Source of the DNA: Alphaproteobacteria bacterium
Lineage (GTDB): Bacteria; Pseudomonadota; Alphaproteobacteria; GCA-2731375
Direction: 5' to 3'
Assembly: GCA_965225945.1 (NCBI GenBank)
Contig: CBDDBZ010000031.1
Coordinates: 128,001-192,000 of the forward strand
Length of the DNA stretch: 64,000 nt
In this document: positions 52,463 through 62,421 of the stretch, piece after piece
Position numbering within the stretch: position 1 is the stretch's first letter
How the letters are laid out: every line of letters begins with the position of its first letter
The notes under the pieces: model-generated
Told to the model about the DNA's origin: nothing
Databases searched by the model: none
Seen by the model: only the letters and a program-made list of their open reading frames with translations
Program-made: the position numbers and the translations under genes

Positions 52463-53685
52463 CACAGTACACGACTCGTTCATGCTGGCTTTGGCCTGGG
52501 CACCTGGACTGGTGGTTTTCCGGGGACGAGGAAACGAATCAGCTCAATGGCTTGACGCCTGTCGATAGGATTGACGAGCTGTCGCCTTATCCACTCGAAA
52601 CCGTATCGGAAGATGGATTTTGCCATCCTTTTGTGGGTTTTGAGGCGGATCGGCTCGGCCTCGTGGAGCCAATCGCCGACTTTGTGCGCCCAGCAGAAGG
52701 TGATGGAAAGGACGGCGGTGAGCTTGGAGATGCGCTCCGGGTCGGTCATGTGGGTGTCTTCGAGGTTGAAGCCACGGGTTTTCAAGGCGGCGAAGAGGGT
52801 CTCGATTTGCCAGCGCTGGGCGTAGATGGCCAAGGCCTCCTCGGGCGCGTCGTTGGTCACGACGATCAACAGTTCGCCGGTCTTGAGATGGAGCGCGGCG
52901 ACGAAGACGGGCCTGGCCTTGGGTTTTCTGGCCTCCGAGAGGCGCCTGGCGTTGGAGAGGATGCGGCTTTCCCCGGGTTTGAGGTCGCGAAACAGCTCCC
53001 TCGCCTTGACCATGCGACCACGCGTGTTGGCGATCTTGATGTTGGATCGGATGCGGATGTGAAAGGGGATGGCCTTTTCCTGCAACCATGCCAGCCAGGC
53101 GTCGCCGATGAATTCCCGGTCGGCCAGGAGGCTGGCGATCTTGTCGACCCCGAAGAGCCGGAGGACGTGTTCGAGGATCGCGATCCGCTCCTTGGTATTG
53201 GAATTGCCCGCCTTGTCGAGCACCCGCCAGCACACGGGAATGGCGATGGCGCGGTTGACGATGCCGATCATCAAGATGTTGACGTCGCGGCGACCCAGCC
53301 GCCAGTTGGTCCGGTCCATGGTCAGCCGCCACGGCCCCGCCTGGAGCCCCATCATCGCGACCAGGAACTCGGCGAGGCGATCGTAATCGAAATCGACTTG
53401 CTCGAAAAACCGTTGCAGGCGCCGATAGTTGGAGCTGGATCGCGCGCGCCCCGGAAAGTGGCAGGCCAAGTGAGAGAGGTTCACCGTCCGGGCGACGAAC
53501 ACGCCGAAGACCAAGACGCAAAGGCTCTCCAGACGGCTCTTGCGAAAGGCGAAGCCGCATCGTAGCGTCTCACGCAGGGCGTTGATCGGGTTGTCTCGCA
53601 TGATTTCCCTCTTGACTCGTCGTGGAGTGAATCGGGAATCCTACAACCTTTTCAACGTCCTACGTAAATGCCGTCGTGTACCATG
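52463..53685 (-). mobile_element. IS4-family element, 9-bp TSD GGCGATTGG
   Basis: Ends cacagtacacgac / gtcgtgtaccatg. TSD at 52454-52462 and 53686-53694. Confidence 0.92.
52480..53601 (-). CDS. IS4-family transposase
   Basis: [33 protein letters not shown] (YREK). Confidence 0.94.
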   Translation of the reverse strand: MRDNPINALRETLRCGFAFRKSRLESLCVLVFGVFVARTVNLSHLACHFPGRARSSSNYRRLQRFFEQVDFDYDRLAEFLVAMMGLQAGPWRLTMDRTNWRLGRRDVNILMIGIVNRAIAIPVCWRVLDKAGNSNTKERIAILEHVLRLFGVDKIASLLADREFIGDAWLAWLQEKAIPFHIRIRSNIKIANTRGRMVKARELFRDLKPGESRILSNARRLSEARKPKARPVFVAALHLKTGELLIVVTNDAPEEALAIYAQRWQIETLFAALKTRGFNLEDTHMTDPERISKLTAVLSITFCWAHKVGDWLHEAEPIRLKTHKRMAKSIFRYGFEWIRRQLVNPIDRRQAIELIRFLVPGKPPVQVPRPKPA

Positions 53686-53773
53686 GGCGATTGGTACTAC
53701 ACCATTGCCGGCGCGACGCCCGCGGATGCGCGGGACCGCGCGGGACCGCCGAACTGGCCCCGAGGCGCGTGAC

Positions 53774-54835
53774 ATGAACGAGAACGGAACGGTCGAGGCT
53801 AGTCTATCGGACCTGGACGAACGGAGCCGCGAGATCTTTCGCGGCATCGTCGAATCCTACATGACGACCGGCGCGCCGGTGGGCTCCCGCACGCTCTCGC
53901 GCCTGCCGGGCCTGACGCTGTCGCCGGCCTCGATCCGCAACGTGATGGCCGACCTGGAGACGGCGGGCCTGCTCTACGCGCCCCACACCTCGGCCGGCCG
54001 CCTGCCGACCGACCGGGGGCTCAGGATGTTCGTCGACGGTCTGCTGGAGGTCGGCGAGCTGACCGAGGAGGAACGGGCCTGGATCGAAGGGCGCTGCGCC
54101 GACGGCGGGCACGGCATGCAGGAAATGCTGCAACGCGCGACCGACATCCTTTCCGGCCTCTCGCAATGTGCCGGCGTGGTGGCGGTGCCGAAGTTCGAAT
54201 CGCCGCTGAAGCACATCGAGTTCGTGCACCTGACCGCCGGCCGCGCCATCGTCGTGCTGGTGACGGAATCGGGCGTGGTCGAGAACCGGCTGATCGAGCT
54301 CGGCCCGGGCGTGCCGCCGTCCGCCATGGTGGAAGCGTCGAACTATCTCAACGACCGGCTGCGGGGGCGCACCTTCGAGGAGGCGCGGGTCTTGATCCAG
54401 GCCGAGCTCGAGGCCCGGCGCAACGAGCTCGACGCGCTCACGACCAAGATCGTCGAGGCTGGTCTCGCCACCTGGGCCGGCGAGGGCACCGAAGGCAGAC
54501 TGATCGTTCGGGGGCACGCCAAGCTGCTGGACGACGTCAGCGCCGTCGATGACCTGGAGCGGGTGCGCCAGCTCTTCGCCGACTTGGAGAACGCGCGCGA
54601 GTATCAACGGATGCTCGATCTCGCGCGCGCCGCCGACGGCGTCCGGATCTTCATCGGCTCGGAGAACCGGCTGTTCAGCCTCTCCGGGTCGTCGCTGATC
54701 GTGGCACCCTATAGCGACGGCCAGCAGCGTGTCGTCGGCGCGATCGGCGTCATCGGGCCGACCCATTTGAACTACGCCCGCATCATCCCGATGGTGGACT
54801 ATACGGCCCGGGTCGTCGGCCGCCTGATCGGCTGA
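53774..54835 (+). CDS. hrcA: Heat-inducible transcription repressor HrcA
   Basis: [43 protein letters not shown]. Confidence 0.97.
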   Translation: MNENGTVEASLSDLDERSREIFRGIVESYMTTGAPVGSRTLSRLPGLTLSPASIRNVMADLETAGLLYAPHTSAGRLPTDRGLRMFVDGLLEVGELTEEERAWIEGRCADGGHGMQEMLQRATDILSGLSQCAGVVAVPKFESPLKHIEFVHLTAGRAIVVLVTESGVVENRLIELGPGVPPSAMVEASNYLNDRLRGRTFEEARVLIQAELEARRNELDALTTKIVEAGLATWAGEGTEGRLIVRGHAKLLDDVSAVDDLERVRQLFADLENAREYQRMLDLARAADGVRIFIGSENRLFSLSGSSLIVAPYSDGQQRVVGAIGVIGPTHLNYARIIPMVDYTARVVGRLIG

Positions 54836-54873
54836 GGCGATCCGTTGTACTGAACGAGGACGAACGAGACGAC

Positions 54874-55530
54874 ATGAGCGACGAGAAGAACGATACCGAG
54901 GAGAGTGAGGCCGAGGCCTCGAAGGCGGTGCCCGAGGCGGCGAACGACGACGACGGGACGCCCGAGGTCGAGGTCGAGAGCGAGGTCGAGAGCGAAGCCG
55001 AGGCTGAATGCGCCGCCGAACCGGCGCCGCCCACGCCCGAGGAGGTCATCGCCGACCTCGAGGACCAGCTCCTGCGCGCGCTGGCCGAGACGCAGAACGT
55101 CCGCCGGCGTGCCGAGCGCGAGCAGAGCGATGCCCGACGCTACGCCACCGCCGACTTCGCCCGCGACGTCCTGACCGTGGCCGACAACTTGAGCCGGGCG
55201 ATCGAGACCGCCAAGGCGAGGGACGACGAGGCCGCCGGTACCGTCATCGAGGGGGTGGAACTGACTCTCCGCCAGCTCGAACAGATGCTGGAGAAGCACG
55301 AAATTCGGCCGATCGAGGCCATGGGCCAGAAGCTGGACCCGAACCTGCATCAGGCGATGATGCAGATCGAGCATCCGACGGCGGAGGCCGGCACCATCGT
55401 TCAAGTGGTGCAGACCGGCTACACCGTTCACGATCGGCTGCTGCGCCCGGCGCTCGTGGGCGTGGCCAGGCCGCCGGCCGCAGCCGAGGGCGATGGCGAG
55501 TCCGGAGAACACGTCGACACCTCGGCCTGA
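54874..55530 (+). CDS. grpE: Nucleotide exchange factor GrpE
   Basis: LRALAETQNVRRR, VADNL, DPNLHQAM, GYTVHDRLLRPALVGV. Confidence 0.96.
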   Translation: MSDEKNDTEESEAEASKAVPEAANDDDGTPEVEVESEVESEAEAECAAEPAPPTPEEVIADLEDQLLRALAETQNVRRRAEREQSDARRYATADFARDVLTVADNLSRAIETAKARDDEAAGTVIEGVELTLRQLEQMLEKHEIRPIEAMGQKLDPNLHQAMMQIEHPTAEAGTIVQVVQTGYTVHDRLLRPALVGVARPPAAAEGDGESGEHVDTSA

Positions 55531-56435
55531 GCATCGGACTCGATAGTCCCCGAAGCCGGGGGCGCGTCGGCCGGGATCAGGAACAGGCTCTGCGGATCGC
55601 GATCCCTGAGGCGCGCCGTCGCCCGCTCGTGCGAGGCGACGGCGTAGCAATAGACGCAGCCGTGGCCGCAACTGTCGTAGGCGCCGAGATCCCGGCTTTC
55701 CGAGCACCCGCAGCCCGGCCGGTTGCCCTTGGTCCGGGCGGCGATCTCGTATCCGGCGACGGCGGAAAGACGGGCCGCGTCGATGCAAGCAGCGGGCGTG
55801 CCACCGACCTCGGCCTGGGCACACACGGTGAGCCGCATGCCCCGCGCCCGGGCCAGCGCCTCCAGGCGCATCCGGAGGCGGTGCTTTTCCTCGGGCGCCG
55901 GGTCCCACCAGTGGATGGCGTCGCGCGCCGCCACCCGGGCGAGGCGGCGGCGGGTCTTGGCGTAGAAGTGGGCGAAGCTGATCACCACTTCGTCGACCAA
56001 CCCCTCCAGCCGGCTGGCGAGCGCGGCGAAATTCGCCTCGTGAAAACCCACATCCGTCCGCTCCGTCAAGAGTATCGGATCGTAACGCCAGATCACGGCG
56101 CGGACCCCGAAGCGCCGCGCCAACCGTTCGATTTGGGCGCTGGCCGCCTCGGGCGCCGGCACCGCGCGCTCTAGGAACCGGGGATAGGCGGTCAGCGTGA
56201 ACTGAACCACGAAGGGTCGCTTCCGCGCCGCCAGCGCGTCCAGCACGGGGAGGAAGGGGGCCGCGTTCCGGGTCCAGAAGACGAAGCCGTCGACCGCCTC
56301 GGCTCCGAGCTCGACCCGGTAGGGCGGCCCGCCGTAGGGGTTTCGCACCAGGGCGAAGCCCGCCGCCAGCCGGTGGCGAAACCAATCGGCGTGAAAGGCC
56401 GGGATGTCGGTCCGGTAGGAGGCGGAGACGATCAT
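55428..56435 (-). CDS. DUF1848-domain protein
   Basis: MIVSASYRTDIPAF, FVFWTRN, WRYDP, CGCSESRDLGAYDSCGHGCVYCYA. 3' end overlaps grpE by about 100 bp. Confidence 0.9.
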   Translation of the reverse strand: MIVSASYRTDIPAFHADWFRHRLAAGFALVRNPYGGPPYRVELGAEAVDGFVFWTRNAAPFLPVLDALAARKRPFVVQFTLTAYPRFLERAVPAPEAASAQIERLARRFGVRAVIWRYDPILLTERTDVGFHEANFAALASRLEGLVDEVVISFAHFYAKTRRRLARVAARDAIHWWDPAPEEKHRLRMRLEALARARGMRLTVCAQAEVGGTPAACIDAARLSAVAGYEIAARTKGNRPGCGCSESRDLGAYDSCGHGCVYCYAVASHERATARLRDRDPQSLFLIPADAPPASGTIESDAQAEVSTCSPDSPSPSAAAGGLATPTSAGRSSRS

Positions 56436-56532
56436 CCCCGCTGGATGGACCCTAGGCCGGCGGCGGTCAAGGACGATTGCCAAGGCGGGCGTGGGCTGTA
56501 TCGTCCGGGCAAAGCCGAGAGGACGCGGAAAC

Positions 56533-57540
56533 ATGGCCAGAGCCCGCGCCTGGGTCGCCGTCACGTCGACCGACGAAATGCCCGTCAAGCTGGCGCCGGT
56601 ACGCGCGGCGTTGAAGGGGGTGGCGCCGGTCCGCGTGGTGGCACTCCCCTTCCGCCCGCTGGGCGCCGCCGAGACAGCGGCATACGCGGTCGAGTTGGCC
56701 GGCGCGGCGGGGCTGCTGCTCAGGCCGGGCTACCTCGGAAGCGAACTCTTGGACCTGCTGCCGGCGCTCCGCGTGGTCGCGGTGCACGGTGCCGGCGTCG
56801 ACCAGGTCGACGTCCAGGCCTGCACGGAGCGCGGCGTGCTGGTGACCAACGCGCCTGGCGCCAACGCCGTCGCCGTGGCCGAATTCACCATCGCGCTGAT
56901 GCTGAACCTCGCCCGCCGGGTGCCGGAATGCGCGGCGCGGGTCCGGGCCGAGGGGGCCTGGGGCGAGGCACGCCATACCGGCATCGAGCTTCGCGGCCGC
57001 ACGCTGGGTCTGATCGGCCTCGGCCAGATCGGCCGCCGGGTGGGGGACATCGCGGGCGCCATGGGCATGAAGGTGGTGGCCCATGATCCGGGCCTGACGG
57101 CGGCGGCGATCCGCGCCCGTGGTGCCCGGCCGCTCTCGCTCGCTCGCCTGCTCGGCGCCGCCGACGTGATCTCGCTGCACGCCCCGCACACGGCCTCGAC
57201 CCACCATCTGATCGATTCTGGCGCGCTGGCCCGGATGAAAAAGGGCGCGCTGCTGGTCAACGCCGCCCGGGGCCCGCTGATCGACGAGGCGGCCCTGGCC
57301 CGCGCGCTCACGTCCGGCCGCCTCGGGGGCGCCGCGCTCGACGTGCTGGACGGCGAGCCGCCCGACCCGGCGAGCCCGATCTTCGCCGCCCCCAACGTCC
57401 TGGTGACGCCGCATATGGCGGGCTCGACCGACGAGTGCCTGGCGGCGATCGCGGCGCGCGCGGGCGCGGACATCGCCCGGGTGTTGGCGGGCAAGCGGCC
57501 CAAGTTTCCCGTCAACAAGCCGGCCCGTCGCCGCGCATGA
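56533..57540 (+). CDS. D-isomer-specific 2-hydroxyacid dehydrogenase
   Basis: HGAGVD, GLGQIG, NAARG, DVLDGEP, TPHMAG. Confidence 0.92.
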   Translation: MARARAWVAVTSTDEMPVKLAPVRAALKGVAPVRVVALPFRPLGAAETAAYAVELAGAAGLLLRPGYLGSELLDLLPALRVVAVHGAGVDQVDVQACTERGVLVTNAPGANAVAVAEFTIALMLNLARRVPECAARVRAEGAWGEARHTGIELRGRTLGLIGLGQIGRRVGDIAGAMGMKVVAHDPGLTAAAIRARGARPLSLARLLGAADVISLHAPHTASTHHLIDSGALARMKKGALLVNAARGPLIDEAALARALTSGRLGGAALDVLDGEPPDPASPIFAAPNVLVTPHMAGSTDECLAAIAARAGADIARVLAGKRPKFPVNKPARRRA

Positions 57541-57564
57541 CCTCCGACCGATCGCCCAGGTCGA

Positions 57565-57592
57565 TTGACAGGGGGGCGGGGGTGGTTAAGCT
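57565..57592 (+). promoter_or_regulatory. Sigma70-type promoter for gcv operon
   Basis: TTGACA-N16-TAAGCT upstream of the riboswitch. Confidence 0.55.
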
Positions 57593-57644
57593 TGCCTCAT
57601 CGACCGGCGGTTCGCGAGACGGTGGGTGCCGGTGGACCAAGGCT

Positions 57645-57869
57645 GGACCCCCGTGGGAGAGACCGGCGGGCCGCCGAAGCGGTCGCGGCCGGCGCCGAAG
57701 GAGCAACCGCCCCGGAAACTCTCAGGCGACGGGACCGTGGGGGAGCGCCACTCTGGAAAGCGGGCGTGACCGTCCAATCGCACACGCTCCACCGAAGGGT
57801 GAACACCTGCGCCGCGCGCTTACGCGAGGCGCGGGCTGAATATCTCAGGTCCGACGACAGAGGGGGCAT
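57645..57869 (+). ncRNA. Tandem glycine riboswitch
   Basis: GGAGAGA..CGCCGAAGGAGCAA..GGAAACTCTCAGGC, then CTCTGGAAAG..CACCGAAGG..TCTCAGGT..GACAGAG, upstream of gcvT. Confidence 0.95.
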
Positions 57870-57913
57870 GACCGCGCGTGAAGACGCGCGCGATCCTGCT
57901 GTCGGAGGACGCC

Positions 57914-59023
57914 ATGAGCGATGACGAGAGCCCCCTGGGCACGACGCCGCTGGACGCCTTGCACCGTGAACTGGGTGCGAAGATGGTGCCCTTTGCCGGC
58001 TACCGGATGCCGGTGCAATACCCCGACGGCATCCTCGCGGAGCACCGCCACACGCGCGCGGCGGCCGGTCTGTTCGACGTTTCGCACATGGGCCAGGCGC
58101 GAATCCCGGGTGACGGCGCGGCGGAGGCGCTGGAAGCCCTGGTGCCGGGCGACATCCGGGGCCTGGCGCCGGGGCGGATGCGCTACACCCAGTTCACCAA
58201 CGAGGCCGCCGGCATCCTCGACGACCTGATGGTCACCCGCCTGGAGGACGGCCTCTTCCTGGTGGTGAACGCGGCCAACAAGGCGGCCGACCTGGCGCGG
58301 CTGGAGGCCGGGCTGGCCAACCACGCGGTCGAGCCTCTGGCGGACCGCGGTCTGCTGGCGCTGCAGGGGCCGGAAGCGGTGAAGGTGCTGGCCCGCCTGG
58401 CCCCCGAGGTCGCGAGCTTCCCCTTCATGTCGGCGGCCGAGGTGGCGATCGCCGGCATCGACTGCTTGGTCGGCCGCTCCGGCTATACCGGCGAGGACGG
58501 CTACGAAATCTCCTGCGAGGGGCCTGAGACCGAGCGCCTCGTCCGTCTCTTGCTGGCGCAGCCGGAGGTGGCGCCGATTGGCCTCGGCGCCCGGGATTCG
58601 CTCCGCCTCGAGGCCGGACTCTGCCTCCATGGCCACGACATCGACGAGACCACGACGCCGATCGAGGCCGGCCTCGCCTGGTCGATCTCCAAGCGCCGGC
58701 GCGAGCTTGGCGGCTTCCCCGGCGACGCCGTGGTGCGACGGCAATTGGCCGAGGGCGCGCCCAGGCGGCGCATCGGCATTCTGCCGGAGGGGCGCCAACC
58801 GGCCCGCGAGCACAGCCAGATCGTCGATGCCGAGGGCGAGCAAATCGGCGTGGTGACCAGCGGCGGCTACGGACCCAGCCTCGGAGGCCCGCTCGCCATG
58901 GGCTATGTGCCCAGCGCGCACGCCGCGCTCGGCGGCGCGCTGGGTCTGGTGGTGCGCGGCAAGACGATTCCCGCCCGCGTCGCCCGCATGCCCTTCGTTC
59001 CGCAACGCTATTATCGAGGTTGA
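57914..59023 (+). CDS. gcvT: Glycine cleavage aminomethyltransferase T
   Basis: GLFDVSHMGQ, RSGYTGEDGYEI, GLGARDSLRLEAG. Confidence 0.97.
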   Translation: MSDDESPLGTTPLDALHRELGAKMVPFAGYRMPVQYPDGILAEHRHTRAAAGLFDVSHMGQARIPGDGAAEALEALVPGDIRGLAPGRMRYTQFTNEAAGILDDLMVTRLEDGLFLVVNAANKAADLARLEAGLANHAVEPLADRGLLALQGPEAVKVLARLAPEVASFPFMSAAEVAIAGIDCLVGRSGYTGEDGYEISCEGPETERLVRLLLAQPEVAPIGLGARDSLRLEAGLCLHGHDIDETTTPIEAGLAWSISKRRRELGGFPGDAVVRRQLAEGAPRRRIGILPEGRQPAREHSQIVDAEGEQIGVVTSGGYGPSLGGPLAMGYVPSAHAALGGALGLVVRGKTIPARVARMPFVPQRYYRG

Positions 59024-59068
59024 CGGCCGACGGGCCGAGGCTTCGCCATCCGGGAGGAGTTCGCGATC

Positions 59069-59446
59069 ATGAGCACGATTGGATTCACCGAAGATCACGA
59101 GTGGGTTCGCCTCGAGGGCGACATCGCCACCTGCGGCATCACCGAGTATGCCCAGGATCAGCTCGGCGACGTCGTTTTCGTTGAACTGCCGGAGGTCGGG
59201 CGAACGCTGGTCAAGGGCGACGAGGCGGCGGTGGTCGAATCGGTGAAGGCGGCGGCGGAGGTCTATGCCCCGCTCGGCGGCGAGGTGACCGAGGCCAACG
59301 ACGTCATCGTCGAATTACCCGCCACGGTCAACGAGGATGCCATGGGCCAGGGCTGGTTCTACCGGATGCGCGTCGCCGACGCCTCCGAACTCGACGGGCT
59401 GATGGACCAGGCGGGCTACCAGAGCTATCTGGAGGGGCTGGAATAA
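59069..59446 (+). CDS. gcvH: Glycine cleavage H protein
   Basis: [25 protein letters not shown] lipoyl lysine. Confidence 0.97.
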   Translation: MSTIGFTEDHEWVRLEGDIATCGITEYAQDQLGDVVFVELPEVGRTLVKGDEAAVVESVKAAAEVYAPLGGEVTEANDVIVELPATVNEDAMGQGWFYRMRVADASELDGLMDQAGYQSYLEGLE

Positions 59447-60792
59447 TGCGCTATCTACCGCACACCGAGGCCACGCGCGCTCGGATGCTCGGCGCGATCG
59501 GGGTCGAGACGATCGAGGATCTCTACCTCGACGTGCCGGCCTCGGCCCGGCTCGACGATCTGGTCGAGCTGCCGCGCCACCAGGGCGAACTCGAGGTCGA
59601 GCGGGCGATCGCTGCCCTCGCGGCCCGCAACCTGAACGGCGCCACCTCGCCCTTCTTCCTCGGCGCCGGCGCCTATCGCCATCACCTGCCGTCCGCCGTC
59701 GACCACCTGATCCAGCGCTCCGAGTTCCTGACCTCCTACACCCCCTATCAGCCGGAGGTGAGCCAAGGGACGCTCAAGGCGATGTTCGAGTTCCAGACCC
59801 AGGTGGCGATGATCACCGCCATGGACGTCGCCAACGCCTCGATGTACGACGGCGCCACCTCGACCGCCGAGGCGGTGCTGATGGCGGCGCGCGTCACCCG
59901 GCGCAAGCGGGCCGTGCTGTCGGGCGGGCTGCACCCGCATTACCGCGACGTGGTCCAGACCATGGTGCGGTTCACCGCCCTCGAAGCGACGGCGGCGCCG
60001 GGCGATTTCGACGGCGCCGAGGATTTGGCGGATCGAATCGAGGACGACGTCGCCTGCGTCGTGGTGCAGAATCCGGACGTCTTCGGCCGGCTGCGCGACC
60101 TGACGCCGCTGGCCGAGGCGGCGCATGCCAAGGGCGCCCTGCTGGTGGCGGTGGTGAACGAGATCGTCTCCCTCGGCGCGGTGACGCCACCGGGCGAGAT
60201 GGGTGCCGACATCGTCGCCGCCGAGGGCCAGTCGCTCGGCAACCCGCTCACCTTCGGCGGGCCGCACCTGGGTCTCTTCGCCTGCCGCGAGGGCCGCGTC
60301 CGTCAGATGCCGGGCCGGCTCTGCGGCGAGACGGTGGACGCGGAGGGCCGGCGTGGCTTCGTGCTCACGCTTTCGACCCGCGAGCAGCACATCCGCCGCG
60401 AGAAGGCGACCAGCAACATCTGCACCTCCGCCGGCCTCTGTGCGCTCGCCTTCACGATCCATCTGGCGCTTCTGGGCGATGTCGGCTTTCGCCGGTTGGC
60501 CCGGTTGAACCATGCCCGCGCCTCGGGCCTGGCCGATCGCCTCGCTCGCGTCGACGGCGTCGAGGTGGTGAACGAGAGCTTCTTCAACGAATTCACCCTT
60601 CGACTCGGGCGCGATGCCCGAGCGGTGGTTTCCAAACTCGCCGCGGACGGTATCCTCGCCGGGGTGCCGGCCTCGCGGCTGTTCCCGGGCGAGGCGGCGG
60701 CCGAAACGCTCTTGATCGTGGCGATGACGGAGACCACGACGGAGGACGATGTCGACCGCCTGGTCGACGGTCTGGCGGAGGCGCTCTCATGA
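59446..60792 (+). CDS. gcvPA: Glycine dehydrogenase subunit A
   Basis: [36 protein letters not shown]. Confidence 0.97.
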   Translation: MRYLPHTEATRARMLGAIGVETIEDLYLDVPASARLDDLVELPRHQGELEVERAIAALAARNLNGATSPFFLGAGAYRHHLPSAVDHLIQRSEFLTSYTPYQPEVSQGTLKAMFEFQTQVAMITAMDVANASMYDGATSTAEAVLMAARVTRRKRAVLSGGLHPHYRDVVQTMVRFTALEATAAPGDFDGAEDLADRIEDDVACVVVQNPDVFGRLRDLTPLAEAAHAKGALLVAVVNEIVSLGAVTPPGEMGADIVAAEGQSLGNPLTFGGPHLGLFACREGRVRQMPGRLCGETVDAEGRRGFVLTLSTREQHIRREKATSNICTSAGLCALAFTIHLALLGDVGFRRLARLNHARASGLADRLARVDGVEVVNESFFNEFTLRLGRDARAVVSKLAADGILAGVPASRLFPGEAAAETLLIVAMTETTTEDDVDRLVDGLAEALS

Positions 60793-62357
60793 CCCAGTCA
60801 CGCGACAAGAGCGGTGGGCTGGCGGTGGTCGCCGCCGAGCGGGGGCCGAGGACCCATTCCGGGCACGCCGGCCTCGATCACGAGGAAGACCTGCTGTTCG
60901 AGCAGGGCTCGCCCGAGAAGGCCGGCGTCGACCTGCCGGACTTCGACGAGGGGGGACGGAATCGCCTGGGCGGCCTGGCGCGGGTCGGCCCGACCGGGCT
61001 GCCCGGCCTCTCGGAACCGGAGGTGGTGCGTCACTTCGTCCGCATCAGCCGCGACAACCACGCCATCGACATGGGCATGTATCCGCTCGGCTCCTGCACC
61101 ATGAAGCACAACCCGCGGCTCAACGAGAAGCTGGCGCGGCTCGCCGGATTGGCCGAGGTCCACCCGCTGCAGCCGGAGGAGACGGCACAGGGCGCGCTGG
61201 AATTGATCGACCTGCTGGCGCATTGGCTGACGACGCTCTGCAACATGCCGGCGGTGGCGATGTCGCCCGCGGCCGGCGCGCACGGCGAGCTCTGCGGTCT
61301 GATGTGCATCCGAGCCGCGCTGGAGGACTGGGGCGATCCGCGCGAGGTGGTCCTGGTGCCCGAAAGCGCGCATGGCACCAACCCGGCGACGGCGGCGATG
61401 TGCGGCTACCGAGTGGAGGACATCGCCGCCGACGATTCTGGACGGGTCGACGTCGCGGCGCTGGCCGGGCGGCTGGGCCCGGACGTTGCCGGGATCATGT
61501 TGACCAACCCCAACACCTGCGGCCTGTTCGAGAACGACATCGTCGAAATCGCCGAGTTGATCCACCAGGCCGGCGGCTACTTCTACTGCGACGGCGCCAA
61601 CTTCAACGCCATCATGGGCCGCGTCCGGCCGGGCGATCTCGGCATCGACTGCATGCACATCAACCTGCACAAGACCTTCTCGACGCCGCATGGCGGTGGC
61701 GGGCCGGGCAGCGGACCGGTGGTGTTGTCGGCGGCGCTGGCGCCCTACGCGCCCAGGCCCTACGTGATCCGCGACGGCGACGCGCTGCGCCTGGTCGAGA
61801 GCGCCGCCGACGCCGCCGACGACCCCAAGAGCTTCGGCCGCCTCAAGGGCTTCCATGGCCAGATGGGGATGTTCATCCGCGCGCTGGCCTACATGATGAG
61901 CCACGGCGCCGACGGCTTGCGCCAGGCGGCGGAGGACGCGGTGTTGAACGCCAACTATATTCGCGTCGGGCTAGAGGACGTGATGAGCCTCTCCTACCCT
62001 GGGCCCTGCATGCACGAGGTCCTGTTCGACGACGGCGCGCTGAAGGACACCGGCGTCACCACGCTCGACCTCGCCAAAGCGATGATCGACGAGGGCGTGC
62101 ATCCGATGACGATGTATTTCCCCCTGGTGGTGCATGGCGCGATGCTGATCGAGCCGACCGATTCGGAGAGCGAGGCGAGCCTCGACGAGTTCATCGCCCT
62201 GATGCGCGGTCTGATGGCGGATTCGCGGGCCGACGGCGCGGAACGCTTCCAGGGTGCGCCGTTCCTCGCGCCGCGTCGCCGCCTCGATGAAACCCGGGCG
62301 GCGCGCCATCCGGTACTGCGATGGCGCCCACGCGACCCGGCCGAGACGGCGGAATAG
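60789..62357 (+). CDS. gcvPB: Glycine dehydrogenase subunit B
   Basis: [40 protein letters not shown]. Confidence 0.97.
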   Translation: MTQSRDKSGGLAVVAAERGPRTHSGHAGLDHEEDLLFEQGSPEKAGVDLPDFDEGGRNRLGGLARVGPTGLPGLSEPEVVRHFVRISRDNHAIDMGMYPLGSCTMKHNPRLNEKLARLAGLAEVHPLQPEETAQGALELIDLLAHWLTTLCNMPAVAMSPAAGAHGELCGLMCIRAALEDWGDPREVVLVPESAHGTNPATAAMCGYRVEDIAADDSGRVDVAALAGRLGPDVAGIMLTNPNTCGLFENDIVEIAELIHQAGGYFYCDGANFNAIMGRVRPGDLGIDCMHINLHKTFSTPHGGGGPGSGPVVLSAALAPYAPRPYVIRDGDALRLVESAADAADDPKSFGRLKGFHGQMGMFIRALAYMMSHGADGLRQAAEDAVLNANYIRVGLEDVMSLSYPGPCMHEVLFDDGALKDTGVTTLDLAKAMIDEGVHPMTMYFPLVVHGAMLIEPTDSESEASLDEFIALMRGLMADSRADGAERFQGAPFLAPRRRLDETRAARHPVLRWRPRDPAETAE

Positions 62358-62421
62358 CGGCGGCCGGTCCCCGGGCACCTCTTGCGTCGGGGGCCGTTCC
62401 CCGTAACTCTGGGGATCGAGC

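Noticed and set aside
53686-53773. CIRCE operator upstream of hrcA
   Set aside because: No TTAGCACTC-N9-GAGTGCTAA-like dyad found.
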